Source: an uncultured Chloroflexia bacterium (GTDB taxonomy: Bacteria > Chloroflexota > Limnocylindria > Limnocylindrales > CSP1-4). From it: DNA of 64,000 bases. The translations under genes and the position numbers were made by a program. Location: positions 161,444 to 225,443 of the forward strand of contig CAVTMH010000001.1 in assembly GCA_963735785.1 (NCBI GenBank). Direction: 5' to 3'. Shown here one piece after another: positions 27,120 to 35,144 of the stretch. The notes under the pieces were generated by a model. That model saw only the letters and a list, made by a program, of their open reading frames with translations, was not told where the DNA came from and did no database searches. How positions within the stretch are numbered: position 1 is the stretch's first letter; each line of letters starts with the position of its first letter.

Positions 27120-28862
27120 CTATGGAGCCCTCGTGATCCGGTTCCTCGGGCCGGGTGCGACACCAGCCGGATTCGCCCGGAGGTAGTTCTCGAAGGCATC
27201 CGTGTCGACGTTTCCCGCGACCCGGTTCGTACCGTCCCGGAGGATCGTGTAGTTGTCGCCGCCGTCGGCCAGGAAGCTGTTGACGGTCACTCGGTACGTA
27301 TCTGTCAACACGATGGGACTGCCATTCAGGACCATCGCGCTGATCTTGCTGTTGACGGCCGCCGAGGCCGAGAACGTGTACGTGAAGCCATTCGAGATCT
27401 GCAGGATCCCGTTGCCCCCGTCGAACTGCTTCTCGAGAAGCGCCTTGATCTGGGCGCCGGTCAGGGTCATCGTCACGAGGCTGTTGCCGAACGGCTGGAC
27501 CGCGAACGCCTCGCCGTATGTGACATTGCCGTCGCCCTCGCCGACCGAGCTGCTCGCGTAGATGAGGTCGTTGCGGATCCCGCCGGCGTTCATGAACGCG
27601 ATCTGCGACCCCGTGCCGGCTTGCTGCGCGTCGAAGTTCTGGGCGTCGGCGATGACGTCGCCAAGGGCGGATTCACCATTTCCCGCAGGCGGGGCAGCCG
27701 CCGTGCGGTTGATGTCGGCCGTGATCTTGCCGATGACGCGGTTGGCGATCGGCGCCGACAGGGTTCGGTACTCGTCGACCAGGGCCGTCAGATCCGCGGC
27801 CTTGGGCACGGTCTGCGTGACGATCTTGTTATTGACGGTCGCGCTGAGCACCTCCTTGGTGGCACGGCTGACGACCAGGTCGATGTCCGTCACGAGCCGG
27901 CCCGTGGCCGCTGCGCCCGTGACGATCTTGCCGTCGATGATGCAGTTGATCGCCCAGTTCGTGTGTCCCGTCACGACCACATCGACCTCGTCGTCCATGC
28001 GCTCGACGATCGGAGGCAGCGCGCCCGTCGGGCTGAGGCACAGATTCATATTGGTCTCGCCGCCCGCGCCAGCTCCGTTTCCGGGGGCGTTGACGGTGCC
28101 GCCTTCATGGAGCAGCACGATGATCGTCTCGATCCCCTGCTCCTTGAGCACGGGAACCAGCGCATTGACACTGTCCGCTTCGTCGAAGAAGTCGACACTC
28201 GCGATGCCCGACGCGCTCACGATGGATGGCGTGCCCTCCAGGGTCATGCCGATCACGGCGACGTCGACGCCGGGGAACTCGTGGATGGCATACGGCGGGA
28301 AGATCGTCTCGCCGGTGGCCTTGTACTTGACGTTCGCGGCGAGCATGTCGAACTCGGCTCCGTCGAATCCGTCGCCGCCGAAGCAGCCGTCCACCGGATG
28401 GCAGCCGCCGTGCTGCATGCGCAGCAATTCGTCGACGCCTTCGTCGAACTCATGGTTGCCGACCCCGTTGTAGTCGAGGTCCATCAGGTTGAACGCCTCG
28501 ATCGTCGGCTCGTCGTGGAACACCGCGGAGATGATCGGCGTCGCGCCGATGAGGTCGCCCGCGGAGACGAACAACGTGTTCGGGTTGGTGGCGCGGAGCT
28601 GCCGAACGTGCGTCGCGAGGTACTCGACCCCGCCCGCCGCCGTCGCCCCGATCCGGCCACCGGAGCTGGTCGCCGGGACCGGCTCGAGCTGGCCGTGGAA
28701 GTCGTTCAGGCCCAGGATCTGGATGCTTGTCGTCTTCGCCTTCTTGGCGGCCGGGCCGTCGTCCGGCGGCGTCGCCCAGGCGGCGGGGACCGCGACGGAC
28801 AACACGATGACAAGCGCGCTCGACAGCGCGACAAGGCGACGGAATGAGCGAGAGCGGTTCAC
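27120..28862 (-). CDS. secreted bifunctional metallophosphatase / 5'-nucleotidase (UshA-like)
   Basis: GTG at 28862 lies 6 nt after GGAGGAG, followed by the signal peptide VNRSRSFRRLVALSSALVIVLSVAVPAAWA. It has calcineurin-like motifs ILGLNDFHG, GDLIGA, GNHEFD and a C-terminal 5'-nucleotidase domain. Confidence 0.85.
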   Translation of the reverse strand: MNRSRSFRRLVALSSALVIVLSVAVPAAWATPPDDGPAAKKAKTTSIQILGLNDFHGQLEPVPATSSGGRIGATAAGGVEYLATHVRQLRATNPNTLFVSAGDLIGATPIISAVFHDEPTIEAFNLMDLDYNGVGNHEFDEGVDELLRMQHGGCHPVDGCFGGDGFDGAEFDMLAANVKYKATGETIFPPYAIHEFPGVDVAVIGMTLEGTPSIVSASGIASVDFFDEADSVNALVPVLKEQGIETIIVLLHEGGTVNAPGNGAGAGGETNMNLCLSPTGALPPIVERMDDEVDVVVTGHTNWAINCIIDGKIVTGAAATGRLVTDIDLVVSRATKEVLSATVNNKIVTQTVPKAADLTALVDEYRTLSAPIANRVIGKITADINRTAAAPPAGNGESALGDVIADAQNFDAQQAGTGSQIAFMNAGGIRNDLIYASSSVGEGDGNVTYGEAFAVQPFGNSLVTMTLTGAQIKALLEKQFDGGNGILQISNGFTYTFSASAAVNSKISAMVLNGSPIVLTDTYRVTVNSFLADGGDNYTILRDGTNRVAGNVDTDAFENYLRANPAGVAPGPRNRITRAP

Positions 28863-29069
28863 CGAAGCTCCTCCAAGGTGACGGGGCACGACCGGGACAG
28901 GGGCGGCGGTGCGGACCAGTGCGCCGGCCTCCTCCAGGCGGCGCACCGCGAAGACTTTGGTCGTCCACCATAACCGCACCCGAGCGATCTGGTCACCCCA
29001 AAACCGCACCTCCCGCCACCTCAACGGTGCATGCAGGCACCGTTGATCGCGGGGTGATCCGCCGGCGCC

Positions 29070-29191
29070 ATGCTCGAGCCGGTGACCCTCCCCACGACCG
29101 TCAGCGATCGTCTCGCGCGCCTGACCGCCGACCAGCGTGCGGCGGCCACCGCACCCCCTGGACCCGTGCTGTGTGTCGCACCCGCGGGCTC
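29070..29191 (+). pseudogene. 5' fragment of a UvrD/Rep/PcrA-family helicase gene (first 40 2/3 codons, ends inside Walker A)
   Basis: ATG at 29070 gives MLEPVTLPTTVSDRLARLTADQRAAATAPPGPVLCVAPAGS. Reading continues through 5 unrelated codons to TAA at 29205-29207. The missing GKTTT... continues at 39672. Confidence 0.85.
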
Positions 29192-29272
29192 ACCGACTAC
29201 CGACTAAGCACACCGTAGGCACGGGCTCCGAGACTTCTGCCTTTGACCCGGTGTCTCTATCCTCACCACAGC

Positions 29273-29809
29273 ATGGTGATCGACCAAGGAACCGCAGTGC
29301 TCGCAGCGGCCCTACTTACCCTGCTTGGATTCATCGCCGGCAATGCGCTGCAGTTTGTCCTGGAGGAGCGACGCCGCGCTCAATCCGAGGCCAGGATCGA
29401 TGCGAAGGAAAGCGAGGCAAGGATCCGTGCTTTCGAGCTACGGCGCATCGATCACACCCGCCGCTCACTGGAACGAACGAGGCTCAAAGCGCTGCACTTG
29501 TTTGACGACCAAGTCGTCCCGGACGAGGGCGAGATGCTCGAGCTGTCGGACTTCCGCCTCATCGGGGACGCGGAGGCGGCACGCTTGTGGCACGTGATCG
29601 TGACCCGGCTTACCAAGGAGGGGGCAGAGGTTTTCGAGCAGGGAGGGCCGGTTCCGATCAAGCTGCTAAATGCGGCCGACCGCACCGACATGGCCCTTGC
29701 GCGTAATGCGGTGCTGACCGCTCTGGACGCCCAGGAGCGACGTGCCCTCCGTGGTGAACCGCTCGTGATCCTCGACCCGGCTACGGTGCCCGGGCTCGTT
29801 ACCAAATAG
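29273..29809 (+). CDS. hypothetical membrane-anchored coiled-coil protein (element cargo)
   Basis: ATG at 29273 (alternative TTG at 29243). It has one TM helix (GTAVLAAALLTLLGFIAGNALQFVL), then a charged helix EERRRAQSEARIDAKESEARIRAFELRR. A TATCCT -10-like hexamer lies about 10 nt upstream of the ATG. No family recognised. Confidence 0.5.
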   Translation: MVIDQGTAVLAAALLTLLGFIAGNALQFVLEERRRAQSEARIDAKESEARIRAFELRRIDHTRRSLERTRLKALHLFDDQVVPDEGEMLELSDFRLIGDAEAARLWHVIVTRLTKEGAEVFEQGGPVPIKLLNAADRTDMALARNAVLTALDAQERRALRGEPLVILDPATVPGLVTK

Positions 29810-29846
29810 ACTCGCCCGTCGCTCCGGCTCGAGCTGGCCGACAGTT

Positions 29847-29864
29847 TTTCCCGACGTCGGGAAA
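29847..29864 (+). terminator. perfect 18-bp palindrome after the cargo ORF
   Basis: TTTCCCGACGTCGGGAAA lies 38 nt after the stop at 29809. It could be a hairpin terminator or a protein-binding palindrome. Confidence 0.35.
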
Positions 29865-30000
29865 GGCCGGGATCGTCGTCCGGACGCGGAGCGGGCGAGC
29901 CTCGCCACGGTACCCGCGGGCGCTTGGCTGGGACTAAACGGTAGACGGCCCGATCAGGCCGTGACAGGCTAGGTGGACAACATCACGTGGGGGTTCGTCG

Positions 30001-30714
30001 ATGAGACGACTGATGATCCTGGCGCTGCTCGTGGCCGGCTGTGGGGGGACGGTCGCGAGCACGGCACCGAGCCCGAGTGCCGCGGCGGTCGCCCCGAGCA
30101 GGCCCACGTACTATCACGCGTCCGAGTGGGTGCCCAAGATCCAAACACTGGCCGAGGCCGGCGACTGCGCCGGCCTGCTCACGCTCCAGGACACCATCGT
30201 CCAGGCGGACGTGGACGTCTGGAAGGCGATCCAGGATGGTCTCGAGGCGTGTGCCGGCCCCACGCCGGAGCCGACTGCCGAGCCGACACCCGAAGGACCG
30301 ACCCTCTTCCAGCCGGGCGACGTCATCGAAATCACGCAAGACGCCGAACAGTGGGCCACGGTCACGATCAGCAAGGTCCGCGAGGTCAAGAAATACGACG
30401 GCGAGTTCGGCGATGACACGCCAGCCAAGGGCAACGTCTACCTCGAGGCGGTGATCACGTACACGGCCGTCGCCGACGGCGTCGACTACGGCCCGTTCGA
30501 CTGGCAGGTCTTCGTCGATGGCCAGGCCGTCGAGAACTTCACGTTCGTCTCAGAGGGTCCGACGCCAGAGCTGGGTTCTGGCACGCTGCCGAAGGGCCGC
30601 AAGGCGTCGGGCTACGTGGTCTACGAGGTCCCGACCAACGGCCAGGTGCTGCTGTCGTACGGCGGCTCGTTCGGCGATGCACCGGTTTTCGAGGTCGAAG
30701 TTCGGGGCGCTTGA
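30001..30714 (+). CDS. lipoprotein with C-terminal DUF4352-like beta-sandwich (element cargo)
   Basis: The MRRLMILALLVAGCGG lipobox and a Pro/Thr/Glu linker are followed by ...VTISKVREVKKYDG...GNVYLEAVITYTA...GTLPKGRKASGYVVYEVP..., resembling DUF4352. The domain call is from memory. Confidence 0.6.
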   Translation: MRRLMILALLVAGCGGTVASTAPSPSAAAVAPSRPTYYHASEWVPKIQTLAEAGDCAGLLTLQDTIVQADVDVWKAIQDGLEACAGPTPEPTAEPTPEGPTLFQPGDVIEITQDAEQWATVTISKVREVKKYDGEFGDDTPAKGNVYLEAVITYTAVADGVDYGPFDWQVFVDGQAVENFTFVSEGPTPELGSGTLPKGRKASGYVVYEVPTNGQVLLSYGGSFGDAPVFEVEVRGA

Positions 30715-30746
30715 GCCGACCCCCCGCGCGCTCAAGCGAACATGAC

Positions 30747-30783
30747 GACGCCCGGAGGGCCGGGGGAGACCACTCCGGGCGTC
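30747..30783. terminator. hairpin between convergent element genes
   Basis: GACGCCCGGA ... TCCGGGCGTC forms a perfect 10-bp stem with a 17-nt loop, between the stop at 30714 (+) and the stop at 30802 (-). Confidence 0.4.
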
Positions 30784-30801
30784 TGGGCTTGTCCAGTGAT
30801 G

Positions 30802-30989
30802 CTACCGGATGCCGCGCGCCGCGAGTGCCTCGTTGACGAGCTGGGTGACGAATCGCCGCAGGACGTCGACGAGCTCGGCCGGGTCGGCTTCGCGGCCGCG
30901 GTCGGGCCGTGCCACGGCGGCAACGGCTTCTCGATAGGCAGCATCTCGCGCTCGCGGTTCCAGGGCTCGCGGTCCTCGGCCACCTTCAC
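30802..30989 (-). pseudogene. small hypothetical gene, apparent frameshift
   Basis: GTG at 30989 forms a GTGA overlap with the upstream stop. High-GC3 reading gives MKVAEDREPWNREREMLPIEKPLPPWHGPTAAAKPT up to about 30885. High GC3 then continues in another frame (...AELVDVLRRFVTQLVNEALAARGIR*), ending at 30802. Confidence 0.4.
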
Positions 30990-31306
30990 GCGCCCTTCTC
31001 CGCAGCAGCCCAGCGGGCCGGCCGGACCTCGTTCTCGATGTGCTCGGCGAACTCGACGATCTGGCGGTCGATGTCGTTGAGGATGGCGTTGTGGAACTCG
31101 GAGAAGGCGTCCCGCTCGTCCTCGTCCATGAGGCCGTCCTCGATGACGTGGTTCGCGAGCTTCTCGATCCCGCGGGCGATCTGGCGGCTCGCCCGATTGG
31201 TGGTGATCCCGTACCCGTCGTCATAGCGCATCGTGGTCGTGCGCGCCATGCGCAGCCGGTCCTGGATCGTCTCGCGTGAGACGTGGCGGTTGATTCCTGT
31301 GGTCAT
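30986..31306 (-). CDS. hypothetical protein (element)
   Basis: ATG at 31306 lies 6 nt after GGAGGG. The 106 aa read MTTGINRHVSRETIQDRLRMARTTTMRYDDGYGITTNRASRQIARGIEKLANHV... No family recognised. Confidence 0.55.
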   Translation of the reverse strand: MTTGINRHVSRETIQDRLRMARTTTMRYDDGYGITTNRASRQIARGIEKLANHVIEDGLMDEDERDAFSEFHNAILNDIDRQIVEFAEHIENEVRPARWAAAEKGA

Positions 31307-31463
31307 CTCTGACCCTCCATACACGTACCCCCCGGCCGACGTATAGGCGTCGTCCAGGGGGCGGGTGAATGGTCGCATGCAGGCGGTCCGGCCGTCAGCC
31401 GAATCGCCGTTGTCGCCCGTCCTATACCGAGCTCGGTCACTGTGCGCCGGCGCAGCTACCGCG

Positions 31464-31799
31464 TCAAGGCTGACCCTCGCCGACCCTCTCGACCCAGACC
31501 TCGAGGATGTCCTGACGGTCCTCGGACCAGCTAGTCCGGACCCTGAGCCCGGCCAGAGCCGGATCGTCTCTGTTGTTCGCGATGGCGGCCAGCCACAAGT
31601 TGTGGTCGGTGCATCGGGGGAACGGCGCTTGGCGGACGTCGCCCGGGCGATCGACCCGTCCCATCGGCGTCGCGACACTGGTCCAGACCTCGATGGTCGG
31701 CCCTTCGTCGGGCAGGAGCGTCACGGGGTCCGCTCGCTCGGAGCATCCCCGGAACCGACACCGGATCGCGTGGGGAACGCCTCGGTCGTCGTCGGTCAT
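31464..31799 (-). CDS. hypothetical Cys/His-containing protein (element)
   Basis: 111-aa ORF with C-x4-C (IRCRFRGC) and C-x2-H (RCTDH), a possible zinc-binding set. No family recognised. Confidence 0.45.
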   Translation of the reverse strand: MTDDDRGVPHAIRCRFRGCSERADPVTLLPDEGPTIEVWTSVATPMGRVDRPGDVRQAPFPRCTDHNLWLAAIANNRDDPALAGLRVRTSWSEDRQDILEVWVERVGEGQP

Positions 31800-31820
31800 G
31801 GCCGCAAGCGTAATCCTGGA

Positions 31821-33065
31821 TTACGACGACTGGATCGCCCCGAGGGCAATGCCGTGGATGTCGACGGTCAGCCGACCGCCCTGCGGCTGGCCGGACGCGC
31901 TGAGGAACGTCAGGCGCCACAGACCGGGGTCGAAGTCGACGAGCTCGATCAGGTCGAGCAGGACTTCCTCTTCGTCGATCCCGCTGATCGAGCCACGTAG
32001 CTGCCAGGCGTCGCCGACCTCGGCCTTCCAGTAGCAACCCAGGATCACGTCGATCGAGGCCGGCATCGGCTCCTTGAAGATCCCGTAGGTCAGGCCGTGG
32101 GTGTGGCCGGCCACGGAGTGCTGATGGTCGGGGGTCGAGTGCGAATGGCTCCCGATCGTGACGCCATGCGTGTGCGAGGGGTCCTCGGTGAACGTCTCGA
32201 TCGATGACGAGCTGGCAACGGCCAGGTCGAAGAAGTGATCGGTGCCGCCGCCATCGGTGCCTCGGAACTTGTCGAGGGCGTAGCCGCCCGGCGTGGCGCC
32301 CACGAACGACGCCCAGATGTGCCGGTGGGCGCTGCCCGCGCTGGTCGGCGAGCTGCTTCCGCCGGAGCCCGACGTCGCCCCGCCGCCGCTGTCGCTGGTC
32401 AACGTGCCGGACGTGGCGGCGGACTTGGCCGGCGCCTCGAACTCGCGGAATCGCAGCCAGACCAGACACTCGATCATCGTGTGGACTCGGTCGGGCACGA
32501 TGAAGAAGTGCTCGTGCGCCTCGTCGGAGTCGAAGACGCCCGAGGCGGCAGCCGGGAACCCGCCCGCGCCGTGGTGGACGACGACGACCGCTCTCGGACG
32601 GAGCTGCCAGGCGATCCCGCCGCGCCCGTCCCGCTCGGGCCGGTAGGCCCAGCCCATCGGGGCAGCGTCGAGCCCGAGCCCGGCCATGTGCGCCTGCAGG
32701 TCGGCGCGGAAGCGGTCGTCGCGACCGAACATCGTCGGGAACCCCTCGTCCGGAGGGAAGCCATTGCGATCCTGCCACCAATGGACGAGCTCGTGGCGGA
32801 TGAGCGAGCGGAGCATGAACGCGGGCAGCCCTCGTTGAGCGATGATCACGGGGCGTGGATTGTTGGCGTACAGGCCCCACACGCCAGGAGGCACGAGCTC
32901 GGCCGGTAGGTCGTCCATCTCGGCGAGCCGGATCGGTGGCGCGAATGCGATCCGGGCGATCGCGTTCAGCTCGGCGAGCGCCCCGTCGATCGCGTCGCGG
33001 AGATCGTCGGTCAGCGGCAGCGGCTCGGTCGCGACCGGCGGCAGCGGCGGGGTGACCCAGCTCAT
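31821..33065 (-). CDS. hypothetical protein with N-terminal HExxH motif and C-terminal HxH-repeat, tail-fibre-like region
   Basis: ATG at 33065 forms an ATGA overlap with the upstream stop. It contains SLIRHELVHWWQD (HExxH), a Gly/Ser linker (SDSGGGATSGSGGSSSPTSAGS), then HTHGVTIGSHSHSTPDHQHSVAGHTHGLTYG. The 105 ORF-track codons upstream are Arg/Pro-rich noise. Confidence 0.55.
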   Translation of the reverse strand: MSWVTPPLPPVATEPLPLTDDLRDAIDGALAELNAIARIAFAPPIRLAEMDDLPAELVPPGVWGLYANNPRPVIIAQRGLPAFMLRSLIRHELVHWWQDRNGFPPDEGFPTMFGRDDRFRADLQAHMAGLGLDAAPMGWAYRPERDGRGGIAWQLRPRAVVVVHHGAGGFPAAASGVFDSDEAHEHFFIVPDRVHTMIECLVWLRFREFEAPAKSAATSGTLTSDSGGGATSGSGGSSSPTSAGSAHRHIWASFVGATPGGYALDKFRGTDGGGTDHFFDLAVASSSSIETFTEDPSHTHGVTIGSHSHSTPDHQHSVAGHTHGLTYGIFKEPMPASIDVILGCYWKAEVGDAWQLRGSISGIDEEEVLLDLIELVDFDPGLWRLTFLSASGQPQGGRLTVDIHGIALGAIQSS

Positions 33066-33280
33066 CCGGTCAGCGCGTCCTGTTCCTTGTCGTCGGCGTC
33101 GATCGCGTCCTCCAGGGCGACGTGCAGGACTTCGATCGCTCGTTCGGGGTCGGCGTAGCCGTGCGACCGCAGCATCTCCTCCCCGGTCCGGATGGCCGCC
33201 GCCAGGACGTGCGCCCGGAGCGGTTCGTCCGGGAGGCCGGGAGCGTGGTCGTGGCCGTCGCAGACGCTGTTGAGGGTCAT
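33062..33280 (-). CDS. hypothetical protein (element)
   Basis: 72-aa acidic ORF. Its start overlaps the HNH stop (ATGA-type) and its stop overlaps the next start. Confidence 0.45.
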   Translation of the reverse strand: MTLNSVCDGHDHAPGLPDEPLRAHVLAAAIRTGEEMLRSHGYADPERAIEVLHVALEDAIDADDKEQDALTG

Positions 33281-33747
33281 TCGGGGTCCTCCTCGGGGTA
33301 CGTGGTGATGACGCTGGATCGCGCCGGGTCGGTGTAGTCGGCGGTGATGACGGCCGATGGCGTAGGGGAGAGATTTGCAACAGGACGCAGGCTGTCAGCG
33401 AGCCCCTCGGTCGTGTTCCGCCCCCACCCCTGCTCGCTCCGCGTCTTGGCGTCGTGACAACGCTTGCTGAGCGACTGCCAGTTGCGGCGGTCCCAGGTCA
33501 GTGCCTGCAGCTCCGCAGCCGTGCGGGCCGTGGACCGCGGACGGATGTGATCGACCACCTCGGCCAGGCCCGAGCAGTCGGGACGATGCACCGCAGCGAC
33601 GCACCGGGGGTTCATGCGACGGAACGCCTTTGCGTGCCGGCGCCACTTCGAGGTCCAGTACAGGGACGCCAGGACATCGGGGCCGGGCACGACCCACCGA
33701 GCGGCCGAGACGGGCCGTGGGGCCGGGCGAGCGACCATGACCTTCAC
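33277..33747 (-). CDS. HNH endonuclease
   Basis: ...NPRCVAAVHRPDCSGLAEVVDHIRPRS...RRNWQSLSKRCHDAKT matches the C-x-C / DH / N / CH-x-x-KT layout of phage-type HNH nucleases. Confidence 0.8.
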   Translation of the reverse strand: MKVMVARPAPRPVSAARWVVPGPDVLASLYWTSKWRRHAKAFRRMNPRCVAAVHRPDCSGLAEVVDHIRPRSTARTAAELQALTWDRRNWQSLSKRCHDAKTRSEQGWGRNTTEGLADSLRPVANLSPTPSAVITADYTDPARSSVITTYPEEDPE

Positions 33748-33829
33748 GGCCGGTTCCTTGTGTATGTATATGTGACAGGGCGCAGGCTGTCAGTGACTGG
33801 ACCCGTCATGCCCCTACCCCACCCGGTGC

Positions 33830-34648
33830 TCACGACCGATGCCCCGGTGTGTGATCCGGACCGTACAGGCGGATACGGGTCGCGTCGTCCGGAGCGAACG
33901 CGGGCGGTTCGGTCTCGCGCCGTCCCTCCACCACGATCTTGGGCAGCGGCTCGGCATACCCGACCAGCTCCCGCTGCCGGGCATAGGCGTTCACGGATGC
34001 ACGCTCGGCGTCCGGGAGCTGCGCGAACCGCTCCGGATGCTGCTCGCGGATGGCCAGCAGGTTCTCGAGCTCCTGCGTCAGCACGAACTCGCGCCGTAGT
34101 GCCTCGGCCCTCAGGCCCTCGCTGGCCGTGCCCTCGAATGCCTCGGGCGCCTCGGACGACTGGACGCGGCTGGCCGCGGCCCGCTGCTTGTCGAGCGCCT
34201 CGCTGACGAACTCGATGAACGTCGGGAAGCGGACCATGCCGTGATCAATCGCATAGGGCGCGTTGTCGCCCACGGGGTCACGACCAACGCGGTGGACGCC
34301 GGGCAGCTCGCCGGCGGCCTGCAGGATCGCTCGGGCCTTGACGAGATCCTCGCCCAGCCGGTTCGCCTTCGCCATCTCGCGCACGGCATCGAGGTACAGC
34401 CGCGCGGCCTCCGCGAGATCGACCGTGATGGCCGCCGTGAGCGAGGCCAGGAGCGCACTCACCCGCTCGCCCGCCGCGCCTTGGGCCGTGCTGTACTCGA
34501 CGATGAAGCTCCAGGCCCACGCGATCGAGCGGAGGCGTCGTTTCTCCGTGGCCTTCGCGTCGGCGGCAGCCTGCCGTTGCCGTTCGGCCTCGACGGCGGC
34601 CTGAGCCTTCTCGGCGGCGGTGGCGAGGGTCGCGAGGTCTGTGGTCAC
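33830..34648 (-). CDS. hypothetical helical protein (element)
   Basis: 272-aa ORF, Ala/Glu/Arg-rich with a coiled-coil-like N-terminus. It has a 4-bp overlap with the upstream 88-aa ORF. No family recognised. Confidence 0.5.
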   Translation of the reverse strand: MTTDLATLATAAEKAQAAVEAERQRQAAADAKATEKRRLRSIAWAWSFIVEYSTAQGAAGERVSALLASLTAAITVDLAEAARLYLDAVREMAKANRLGEDLVKARAILQAAGELPGVHRVGRDPVGDNAPYAIDHGMVRFPTFIEFVSEALDKQRAAASRVQSSEAPEAFEGTASEGLRAEALRREFVLTQELENLLAIREQHPERFAQLPDAERASVNAYARQRELVGYAEPLPKIVVEGRRETEPPAFAPDDATRIRLYGPDHTPGHRS

Positions 34649-34911
34649 GCTGGGTCTCCTTCCGGGGAGAAGGCGCCGACCGCGATCGAGGCCTCGCGCT
34701 GGGCGATGTAGAGCGAGAGGGCCAGCGGGTCGCCGCCCATGGCGCGGTAGTCGCGATCGAACCGCTCGGCATCCAGGGCGCGGGTCGCCACGGCGGCCTC
34801 GGACTGCGGATCGGGCACGAACCCGCGGGCGGCTCGCAGGAGGGCCGCGCTGGCGGGGTCATCGGGCTGGCCGTAGTGGTCGGTCAGGCCGTCAGCGAGG
34901 GGGTCATCCAT
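34645..34911 (-). CDS. hypothetical acidic protein (element)
   Basis: ATG at 34911 (AAGGA upstream) gives the 88 aa MDDPLADGLTDHYGQPDDPASAALLRAARGF... The ORF-track version extends through a non-coding-looking region. Confidence 0.45.
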   Translation of the reverse strand: MDDPLADGLTDHYGQPDDPASAALLRAARGFVPDPQSEAAVATRALDAERFDRDYRAMGGDPLALSLYIAQREASIAVGAFSPEGDPA

Positions 34912-34977
34912 GTCGGTTCCTTTCAGCAGAGGGTCACGAGCTCCGGTCGTAAACGAAACGCGAGGCGGTGAGTTTCG

Positions 34978-35048
34978 ACCGACCCGCCGCGGGCTGCCGG
35001 GCCGGTCCTGGGAGGCGAGAACCTCACGACGAGCGGCGGCGGGTCGGT
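34978..35048. repeat. 13-bp perfect inverted repeat pair in the largest intergenic gap of the element
   Basis: ACCGACCCGCCGC (34978-34990) and GCGGCGGGTCGGT (35036-35048). Nearby are TTTCGCGA/TCGCGAAA (35057-35064 / 35074-35081) and the GGTCCGAAGTTTCGGACC palindrome (35114-35131) just after the primase stop. Confidence 0.6.
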
Positions 35049-35144
35049 GGTCTCCATTTCGCGAGTCCGTACATCGCGAAAAGAAGGGGCAAGGGTCAGC
35101 GGCGACCGCGAACGGTCCGAAGTTTCGGACCCGCCCTCGTCCGG

